Made by a program: the position numbers and the translations under genes. This document shows positions 51,481-61,935 of a stretch of 64,000 nt of DNA, one piece after another; position 1 is the first letter of the stretch, and each line of letters starts with the position of its first letter. The DNA is from Vermamoeba vermiformis (taxonomy: Eukaryota), in contig JBEWZL010000163.1 in NCBI GenBank assembly GCA_045837725.1, forward strand, positions 248,001 through 312,000, written 5' to 3'. Under the pieces are notes generated by a model. That model did not search any database. It saw nothing but the letters and a program-made list of their open reading frames with translations, and was not told where the DNA came from.

Positions 51481-52724
51481 ATGAAGCAATTGGTATTAAT
51501 AGTGGTTCTTTGTGTCGCTGGAGCTTGGGTATGTCCATTCGGTTCCATCTCACAGCATCTAATTTGGCGCAGGCTTTGCCGACAAAAGCGTTTGCACGCT
51601 CAGAATATTATTTTTCGTACAGTGAACCCATAACAACAATAGACCGAATGACCGTTGTCGATTTGAAAACAGGAGACGTTACACCGTGGATGGAGATCTT
51701 CGCTTATGGATCTGAAAGGTAAATCAAAAGATGTCGATGTTCCTTAGATTAACGAATTTATTAGTAATGTGGACACAGGCTCGGCATCGGTAATAGATTC
51801 AAAGGGAATTTATTATTACTCACCGCATTGGTATGCCATCAATCGCGTGGATTTGAAAGGACAGTCTATTCTACCCTCAGTAGGAGTTAACATTGAAACT
51901 ATAATGAAGTACGGAGGTGTGCATACTCATTTAAAATGCTAATTTGTCAATTTCAGTTTTTTCTACGACAAAGCGAGGCAAAGAGTGTTAGGTAAATAGT
52001 ATCGAGTTTTAATGATTAATTGCACGTAAATATTAATATTCAATAGTCCTTGGCAGTTTAACCTCAGAGGGAGATGGTTCGATACTGTATCAAGTTCCAA
52101 CAGATGAATCGAAAGAGCCCCAGATCTGTAAGCACTTTGAATGAGACACGCACTTGCTAACCGCTCTCGCTAGGGAATGACCAACTAGATTTGGCGAGCA
52201 ATTACCAAGTTGGTGCATTAGGCTCAGCGAATCAAATTTTGTACTGGATCGACAGCAAGGCTTCAACTCTGTCGGCGGCAAGTACCGGGACAATTGAAAA
52301 GCATCGACTAACAACGAGTTAGGTTGATGTTTCGATACCCAACCAAAAGAGTCTTTCCATCAGTTTGACGAACTGCCATTATTTTTACACAGATCAGCTA
52401 ATTTACGATGCAACGCGTCAAAAATTAATTCTGATCAGCAGCACGGCTAAAAGTACTGGCTATTCAACAATTTTTTCTACAATCGATATCAAAACCGGCA
52501 ATTGCACACCAGTGGCCGCAGATGACACTTACGTTGGTTATACCTCGTGGACGTACGACGAAAGCTCGCAATACTTTTACGGCGTGCTCAACGCTGGAGT
52601 AATCAACATGCCCAAGGTTCATACAAAAATAGTGACTATAGACGGTCGTTCAGGGGCTGTATTGAGTACTGTTAACATCACCGAACCAGTCGCTGTTATG
52701 TCTCTGGATCTGATCTTTGACTAA
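51481..52724 (+). CDS. Secreted beta-propeller-like protein, tandem paralog B (7 exons, one GC-AG intron)
   Basis: Signal exon MKQLVLIVVLCVAGAW|gt; AFAR; VDLKTG, IDIKTG, IDGRSG; 35-nt micro-exon 51957-51991. Confidence 0.7.
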
Positions 52725-52964
52725 ATAGAGCCGTCAATAAAGTTTCGGAGTTCATTAATTATGATTGCGCAAGAATACCGGTGACATATTTAGCTTGTTC
52801 CAGCATTAAGTGGAAACATTTTTCCTGTTCTCGGCTACTACAAAGTATTACTATATTTGGCAATTCCTTTTTTTGGATTCGAACGTTCGAATAAATGTTT
52901 TCAAGAATCGAATACAAGAACAATTAACTTTCGTACAACTAATCGAAGCACGAGACTAGCTGCG

Positions 52965-54354
52965 ATGTTGAACAGATCGTTGGTTGTTTTGCTTGCTTTC
53001 TCCACCCTCTTGCTGGTAAGCTAACGTGCTTAAATTTATTTTTTCACCTTCATTAGTACGAAATCGGTTGTAATGTCTATTTAGTAGCTTTTGAATTAGT
53101 ACATCCATTATTATAAATAAATAAACGATGTTTTAGATTGCCGAGGCAGGCAAACTCTACGCTAGAGTATCACACACGCAAAATCAAGCCTATTTGGATC
53201 CTCCTTCATTTATAGATCGCTTGGTTACCATTGATCCCGCTACCGGAGATGTTTCAGATGTAATGCAGTTGGATTCATTCAAAATGAAAACGTAAGGCAA
53301 CTTATGTGATAATAATGCTAATCATCAATAGGCGAACACCCTATTATGGAATGTCGGCGGTGGATCCCACAGGCGTTATGTACTACGCAGCAACAACGGA
53401 GTTCCCTAAAATGCTCTCGCGCGCAAATATAACCGCAAGACAGACGCTCTATCCCGTATATAACGAGTTAGACGAGATCTTAGCGTACGTTTAAACTTCG
53501 TATTCATTTTTTGCTGATGACTATACTTGATAGATACTCGTACGACACCAATCAAAATCGACTGCTCGGTTAGTAACGTTGACGATGAAATCTATTTTAT
53601 AATGAAGTATTAATTATAGTTGCTTTGACGTTTATCTCAATGAGCGGAAGTTTAAATGCGCAATTGCTGGTTTGGTCAAGCAAATCGTACCCAACGATAT
53701 GTATGACACTTGATTGAGTCATTCGCGCGCTAATAATCACTCGTACAGACAAGCAATTAGACAACGATGGTAGTTTTATTGCTACAACTGGTGTAATTGA
53801 TTCACCGAACCAGCTCTATTATTGGATCGCAATGCCCAAGCCGAAAACTATATTGCTCAAATGGGTAAGATGTCCTTTGCGGTACACAAAGCGTATTAAT
53901 ATTGTTGTCAGATTTCGATAGCCACACCCAATGGTCAAGTCAGTGAAGTCCAATTGAAGTGCAACAATCAACTCACACCGTTGTCCATGTCATTCGACTC
54001 TGTGCGACAAAAGCTCTTATTCTACGGTGGATTGTACGACAGTAACAAAGGAGGTTAGTCCAATCATGAAAGAATCTTTTACCGTTCGAAGTTCAGATCC
54101 GCATCATTACTCATTTGTTGACAGCATTCACATTGTACATCAACACTATCGACTCATCAGGCAAGTGCAATGCGCTCAAAACAGGCTTGACGTACTCGCA
54201 ATACGTGTCAACGTTTGGTTACGACGAACTGAATCAAGTGTTGTACGTTAGTGTGGACTCGACACTGTACACTCTCAACGCACGCACTGGTGCACTGATC
54301 AACGCCGTCGCTGTTGCCAATCAACTTGTGCCATACTCGCTCAATGTTTATTAG
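52965..54354 (+). CDS. Secreted beta-propeller-like protein, tandem paralog C (8 exons)
   Basis: Signal exon MLNRSLVVLLAFSTLLL|gt; LYAR; IDPATG, LNARTG; 35-nt micro-exon 53534-53568. Confidence 0.7.
53770..54354 (+). repeat. Direct repeat copy 1 (3' half of paralog C), near-identical to 55454-56045
   Basis: Long runs of exact identity, including a 47-nt intron (53865-53911 vs 55549-55595) with a single mismatch. Confidence 0.95.
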
Positions 54355-54632
54355 CGACGAAGCACAAATTTGTACCAGAACGAATAAATGATTCTTTTGC
54401 CTATTGATTAGTTACTATAATCGCTGCCTTTCATCGCAGACAAACGTTCGAGCAAGCCTACAGAATGCAACTCGCACGTGGCAAGCAAAGTTACATTCGT
54501 TAGAGGTTTTCACTGAAAGTCATTCTTCGAAAAGAGACTAGTTTTGCGCGTATAGTTGCAATTGCAAATGTTATATTCATCGTTATACGGAAACAAGGGC
54601 CTCGAGCAATAACCATTGCGCAGTTTTAATAA

Positions 54633-56045
54633 ATGAAGCTTTGGATTCTGTTTTTGGTGCTCGTCGCGATGGTGGTAAGTTCTGGACCGACAAAACCTCT
54701 ATAAAACGACAAACGACTTGTAATATAATAGTTTAATATTGTAAACTAATATGGAAGATTCCTGCAATTAACCAGTACAACTTTTTTTTGGATCGTCTAA
54801 AAAAATTTCTTAGGCGGCTAAATCTACAACGCTGTATGCCAGAGTCTCGATTGCTGGTCGTACATCTACATCTGATCACGTTGTTACAATTGACCCCCAG
54901 ACAGGAGCCACGAAGGACATTATGAAAACATTTGTTTTAAGTTTACCAAGGTAAATCCCGATCCATCGACTAAAACGTAATAATATCTGCGCAGCGATTC
55001 TTATTATGGTCTATCGACGATGGATAGAAGTGGTGTGTACTACTATGCAACGGGAGGGCTTCCTTTTTGGAACTACGTGTCCCGTGCGAACATTGAATCT
55101 CAGACGATGAATTATCCCAGTATTGTACCGCTCGATCAACTCCTTTCGTACGCACGTCGATAAGCGTTCAACACTAATTAATTAATTTATTATCAGGTTA
55201 GCGTACGACGAGACTCAACACCGTCTGTTTGGTAAGTTGTTTTTTCGACAAATGTTGCAAATTGTCTCTTGACTCACGCGACTGCAGTGGCTGGTGTGTC
55301 GTATGATGAGCTGCCAGTGCAAACATTGGGAACTACGTTGGTTAGCTGGTCGACATCACAAGCCGCTTACCCCATCACTTGTAAGTACCGATAGCTGTGT
55401 ATTACATGATACTTAGTGTTAAATACAAACAGACGCACAATTAGATGGCGACAGTAGTTTTATTGCTACAACTGGTGTCATCGATTCACCGAACCAGCTC
55501 TATTATTGGATCGCAATGCCCAAGCCGAAAACTATATTGCTCAAATGGGTAAGATGTCCTATGCGGTACACAAAGCGTATTAATATTGTTGTCAGATTTC
55601 GATAGCCACCGCCAATGGTCAAGTCAGTGAAGTCCAATTGAAGTGCAACAATCAACTCACACCGTTGTCCATGTCATTCGACTCTGTGCGACAAAAGCTC
55701 TTGTTCTACGGTGGATTGTACGATGACAACGCACAAGGTAAGTCAGTGCATCGATGGCCTGGTCAATCAACCGTCACTCGTTCTCAGCTCCGAATCATTA
55801 CTCATTCCTTGACAGCATTCACATTGTACATCAACACGATCGACTCATCAGGCAAGTGCAATGCGCTCAATACAGGCTTGACGTACTCGCAATACGTGTC
55901 AACGTTTGGTTACGATGAACAGAATCAAGTGTTGTACGTGAGTGCGGATTCTACGCTTTACACTGTCAATGCAAGCACTGGTGCACTGATCGACGTAGTT
56001 ACTGTCGCCAATCAACTTGTGCCATACTCGCTCAATGTTCATTAA
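54633..56045 (+). CDS. Secreted beta-propeller-like protein, tandem paralog D (8 exons)
   Basis: Signal exon MKLWILFLVLVAMV|gt; LYAR; IDPQTG, VNASTG; 35-nt micro-exon 55197-55231. Confidence 0.7.
55454..56045 (+). repeat. Direct repeat copy 2 (3' half of paralog D)
   Basis: Partner of 53770-54354, offset 1684 nt at the start of the match. Confidence 0.95.
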
Positions 56046-56228
56046 AAAAACTGCGTAAAGCGAGTTCCGTTCATACATGGTTTTTGTGTTTCTTTTTTCC
56101 TTCGTCATAGGTATGTTTTACCATGATACATTTTGCACCAAATATGCTAACGCAATAAGTGGTCAAATTGAATTGAACAGTAAGTCATACAGCAGTCTGT
56201 TTCGAGGTTTTATTTACAAGTGTTAGTC

Positions 56229-58622
56229 CTATTCAAAGAGGGACTCGTGCGGAGGCTCATTGTTGTAATTCCACAAGTGATAATGGCTCTGCAGCTGTGT
56301 CCACAAGAACGACACACCGCGTCTAAAGCTGACTGCCACACCGAACAGATGGCGGTGCAAGTTGGACGGCTTTCGTTGTTCACGCACTAACCGCATGATT
56401 TCACGGCCCTAATGTACCGTATTAGTATAGTTTCATCGACAATAAAATAACAGTGCCACTCTTACCGCTGCATCGGACATTTTAGCGAACATTCCGACGT
56501 TGTCAGGGGTCCATGCTCCGTCGAATTCGGACTGCCAACAGAAGTCAGTATTGTTCGGTGGAATAACAGTGTGACGTACCTTCTTGACGTCAATGTCAAA
56601 TTTGAGTGGAATGCACGTGTAATTAGTGTTCATGAATGCAACGATTGGCTGAGCGAGAGCAGCATTCAAATAACTAATGTCTTGATTGTTGATGAACGGC
56701 ACTGATGCGCGCAGGTTATTTAGCCTGGAATAACATTAACATTAGTACTTAGCCCTCAAATACACCTCTAAGTGTCACCTACCTGACGTTGAAGTTCATA
56801 GTTAGAGCAATGTCATCGGTGGCATTCGTCGAAAAGGTCCAAAAGTCATCAGCGTCCTCAGTGAAGTTCAACACAGATTCAATGTCCATCGTGCCCTCAG
56901 TGATCCATGAAATCGGGCCGTAAGCTGAAGTCGATGAGACCAAGTCCACATTCAAACCATCAACTTTGAACCGTGACTGCGCGTGAACCATTAGCTAAGA
57001 TGTCATTCAGGTGACGCGTGTCAAGTGTCACTTATTTGACACGTGTCAAACTACGTACCGTCGAGTACTCGCTGTCGCCGGCATTGCGCGTGAGAGTGAA
57101 GAGACAGTTGTCGAATATTCCGACGGCGGTCTTGGCCTTGATGAGGTCGTGGAACAGCCATTGCGCTCTGAACTTGTCGCACTCTAATTGGAAGATTTTC
57201 ACTTCTAATGGCCGCTTGGGGTTTGGATTCAACAGATTTATATTAACATCGCGCCTATACTCAAAAATATTAGAAAAGTGAAAAAAGCATTTTCGGCCGG
57301 ATCCAAACTTCGGTACAGATATCTTCAGTAGTAATATATATAATGCCAATAATAGAGTGGTGGTTAAAAATAGCACTTACAAACTGAAATAATCCAAAAA
57401 TAAATCACCGCGGCGCCACACGCGTTTGGTGTAAACATAATCAGGGTCCCAATAGAGCTGTGTTCGGTCTAATTCGCCCGTCACTCCTGTCGCGACGACT
57501 TCTTTCAAGAATCCTTTGCCTATATTAGGAAATAACGTGAGTACTGGCCCCAAACATTCGCGGCAGCAAAAACTCGGGGAATTTATTCCGCAAATGAAAA
57601 CGAATTTCATATCGGTTATATTCGTAAATAATTCTTATTTTATCAATTATATTAACCAAATCTATTCAGATTTTGCTCTTATTATTTAATAGCGATTGAG
57701 AGTATCTTTTTGGATTTTTTTGAATTCATGAAATTTGTATCACATTGAATAGGAGTAGTATAAATCATACCTTGCAGCCACCATAAGAATGATATGACGA
57801 CGTCGACTGTATCTACATTAATCTCGAATTTTGAGACATTTTTATCTCGATTTTCAGGGAACGTCGCAGGATCTCTCACGATTTTAACATTCTTCAATTT
57901 AATTGTGCCTAAAAAATCATATAAATTAATATTATGCTCAATATAGTCTTTGAAATTGTATAAGATAACACTGGAATTCCTGAAACGGAAAAACAATGTT
58001 TTTTAAAATGGATCTACCTTCTTTCCATGAGTTGATAGCGTTCTCAAAAGTGACAGTGGAGCCAGTATGATATGACAATAAATTACTGACGTACATATTC
58101 ATCCATTCTGAAGCAAGGATATATCAGCAACGTTAATGAAAATTGGATCGAGAAAAAAAAATCAAAAAATATTTTAACAAAATGCAATTGCTAGCATAGT
58201 AAAATTAGCTAAGTAATATTACCTTGCCATTTGTGGTTTCGGTTCAACACCCAAATAATTCCAGAGATCGCAGTCGTTGTGCCGGCGATCAGCAAAAAGC
58301 CCGGGAAGAGCAGCACCAAGTTAATAGTAGCTACGACCTTATCCATACTAATAGGGCCCTTCCAACCAATAAACTTGGCCCAAGATCTCTTTTTTGGCGT
58401 GTTGTTGCCAGCTTCATCTGCGTACTTCCGGATTTGTCTAAAGACCAGCTTGTTCGATTTTAAAAAATTGTTTAGCTTATTCTTGAATATATTTGACTCT
58501 TTTTGAGTGGTTCGTGTGTGAAATTTGATTGCATCTCGGCGCGTGTTGTTCGAAAGACTCCGCTGAACACAGTGGATCGTCTTGCGCTCGAGTTTTTGAA
58601 CTAACCGCAGTTGACAAAACAT
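56229..58622 (-). CDS. MDM31: Mitochondrial distribution and morphology protein Mdm31/Mdm32 family, ~9 exons
   Basis: Basic presequence; TM segment with GTTT..S; VTFENAI..W..G; RAQWLFHDL...GIFDNCLFTL; RFKVDGLNVD...GPISWITEG; YLNAALAQPIVAFMN; FDGAWT. These match recalled fungal Mdm31/32 blocks. Confidence 0.85.
57001..57050. promoter_or_regulatory. Intronic TGACA/TGTCA palindrome cluster (putative DNA-binding site array)
   Basis: TGTCA..TGACGCGTGTCA.GTGTCAC..TTTGACACGTGTCAAA in Mdm31 intron 56977-57058. The same element recurs at 4167, 48599 and 60993. Confidence 0.55.
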
Positions 58623-59019
58623 ATTTGTACTTTGTTATATTGTCAACTCGGCTCTGTTTGATCACAATGTCATAAATTTGTGTCGCGTTAACTCATTTAT
58701 TTTGCGCAGAAATTTTTCGGAAAATCAAAGGGAGCCACCGCAACTCCGAGAATTCTAGGCTCGTTGGATCCGGTCTGCCTAATGGTTAGCTAACGCTTCA
58801 AAAACCCCTTGTTACCTTCAAGGTTAAAAGCGGTTACATACTCCGAAAAAACTTTAAGAATTGAGAAAGTAGCGAGGTGTCCCTGGTTGTACTTCCTTTC
58901 GTGGCAAATTACGCATGGGAGAAAAGGCGGCAAAACAGAAAGGTTTTTCTAGTAACTGGTGCTTTTTTTGCGCTTATTCGTAATTTTTGGCGAGAAAGAC
59001 AACAGGACACGCACAAACT
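58623..59019. promoter_or_regulatory. Divergent promoter region (Mdm31 / RCC1-repeat gene)
   Basis: Head-to-head ATGs at 58622(-) and 59020(+). Confidence 0.55.
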
Positions 59020-61575
59020 ATGTTTTCGCGGTGGAATATATTTAGTAGAAAAGAAACGACCGTGGCTAATAATAATAATACCGAGCAAGTTGGAGAAACG
59101 GTGGAAGTGCGTGGATCCGATAAAGAACCCGAGGCCGTACCGATCCAGGAAGAGAAGACTGTGTTTATTACGCCCCAACCAACGCCTATTAAGAAGAGGG
59201 CACCTTCAAGGCGCAAATCAGAGGCCAACCCTCGTCGTAAGACAATAACACCGAAGAAAAGAGTGATCAAATCCAGAAGAAAGACATTACAGCCTATTTC
59301 CTCGGAAAAAGACAAAAAAATTAAAGGACAATCAACTGCAAGAGATTTAAGAAGAGTAAAGCGAGAATTAAAGCGTGAAGAATATTTCAAAAATTTGAAG
59401 CTCGAGAGATTAGAAAAAGAGCTGGTAGCCTCGAAAAGGAAATTAAGGGAACTAGCAGAAAAAGAACATCAACATCATGATGAAGATGAAGATATTGATA
59501 TGGCAGAAAATCAAGGTACGTGTCATAATTTATTTTTGTCGAATTTTGACCGAGATCTTTTACTTTCATTATTTTACACAGTTTTGCTATTTTCGTACTA
59601 TCCTCCATTACGATGAATATTTATCTATTGTCACTGGAAATAGATTATAAAATTCGAAATTATTTAAAGTGAATTTTTAAACATTTGGCGCGGATCTGAT
59701 CCCTGTTGCAGAACAAGAGGAAGAAGACCTCGATAATGTTAATATGGAAGAGAGTCAATCAGAGGAAGAATTATCAAACCGTAGACAAAAAAGACAAAGC
59801 AGAGGAAGAAAATCTCAAAAACAAAGAACTCCATCCGCCTCCAGCGAAGTTTCAGAGGACGAAGATCACCTCAATAATAGCATATCGTTAAATATGAGCA
59901 CTATGGCGAACCCTGATGCATCAATTGCTGGAGTACAAGAGGACTTACCAGATTCGATCGATAATCTTCCTGAACCACGAGAGCGCTCAACTCCGCCGCG
60001 CAGAATTCAATCTGAGCCCGTCGTGCCTAAACGAGACGAGCTATTTTTAGGCTTCCAACAGCCCTTGGACAACAACACGTTTTTGTTGCCTAATACTAAC
60101 GTCGTACGTACAAGCTTTATACTATAATGATAACACTATACTAATCCTATTAATATGATGCAGTTGGTACCTAATAAGCCTGGCGCACTGTGCGTTTTGA
60201 GATTTGAACCTGGATCTCCTGAAACAGCCTTTCACGTTGAATTTCCTTATTCAGACGTCAAAATTGTTGAAATGTCGTGCGGCGGCAAAGATCGCGACAT
60301 TATTATACTAGACGACAAGTAAGTACAGTAATATATAAATCAATAATATTAATGTGGGTTAGGGGTCGCGTCTACATTTACGATGGCTGGCGCAAAGACT
60401 ACAACAAAGCAGATCAGCTGCAAATAGTGAACAAAGAACGCGTTGTGAAGGTCACTAGTTACGCCACGAGAAATGTTGCCTTGGTGACCGCTGATGGCCG
60501 CGTCATTTTAGTCGAGACCGATGCTTATCACCAAGATGCTCCGTACGTTAAATTGAACATTATTTAAAATAATACTAATATTCTATATATAGCTTCCATA
60601 CTAAGGAGAATGTGCCTATTATCAATTCACTGAAAATTAGAGAGACGTTGCAATTACCCGGTGAACACATCATTGCTGTGGAAAAGTTCGGTGGTGGTGA
60701 AGCGTTGTTGACCAAATCAGGAAAGATATTTACACGAGGAAACAATCGGTACAATTTGGGATACAGCCTTGACTTGCGCAGTCCTCAAAAGTTTTATCAA
60801 ATTGAAGCGCTGAAGCACGAGTTCATCACAAATATCTCGTTCAGTGAATGTCACGCCCTTGCTGTCACGCGCGATGGTCACGTGTTCAGCTGGGGCTGCT
60901 CTGACGAAGGACGTTTGGGCCTTGGATTCGCACCCGAGGCTGGCATCGTAATTGAGCCAGTGCTGGTCCAATCATTGAAGGTAAGTGTCATTTTTGACGC
61001 GTGTCAAAGTGTCACATTGAACTAACGCATAGTCTCGCAGAATCAACGTGTCGTGAAAGTGTCAGCAGGTCATTTCGTCTCAGCCTTTTTGACGCACGTC
61101 GGCAAGCTGTACACGTGTGGCTCGGGCAAGTACATGACACTCGGCCACGGAGTGCAGCGTGATGAATGGCTGCCACGTGAAGTGGAACGATTGGCTGAGG
61201 CAGATCCGCAAGGTGAAGTGATTGTTGATGCTGGCTACTGCGGGTAAGTACTGCTTAAAATAGAGTGGCTATTTATAGCTCAATGGGAATAATCCCTGAT
61301 ATTACTAGCTTCCAATTGTCAGCCGTAACCAATCAAGGCCGACTGTACGTCTGTGGCATGGACTCGTACACCTATGCGCCTGGTCGGGATAATCAAATTT
61401 GGAACACAACCTTGCATCCTGCTAGTTTCAATATCAAAAATCTTTACATTTTGCGCAACACTGGAAGTTTTGTCATGGGCTTGCTGTTAGGTACGATCCA
61501 GTAGTGTTGCAAAAAAATGTTTCACATTTTAATCGGGCTTTTACCATAGGAAATCCACCCGTCATTGAATTGTAA
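59020..61575 (+). CDS. RCC1-repeat protein with long basic/acidic disordered N-terminus, ~8 exons
   Basis: RCC1 repeats HALAVTRDGHVFSWGCSDEGRLGLG, VSAGHFVSAFLTHVGKLYTCGSGKYMTLGHG and LLTKSGKIFTRG. NLS-like basic clusters and TP sites in exon 1. Confidence 0.82.
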
Positions 61576-61935
61576 ATAGAAGTCATAATAAATGGCGATT
61601 GGCAAAGCGAAATCAAGTAAGATACAATTTAGATCCGATCACAACTGCAAAATATCAATATCCCAACGGCAGTCAATAACGCGATAAAATAGCGAATCTA
61701 AGACTAGTATCAATGACATTTCCATAGTTTTACAAATCGTCGCGAGTTATTTGAAAACTGGCTCAATTTTGCGACAAAACGACATTTATGGGAAATTTCA
61801 TAAAAAATGCCTCGAGTTTGGTACGAAATCAGCGAAGGGAAGGAAAAAAATACCTCAGTCTCAAAGTTAGAGCATTTATAAACAAGTTTTTGGTCAATTA
61901 CATTCATTCAAACAATTAGAACAACTCAAACACAA

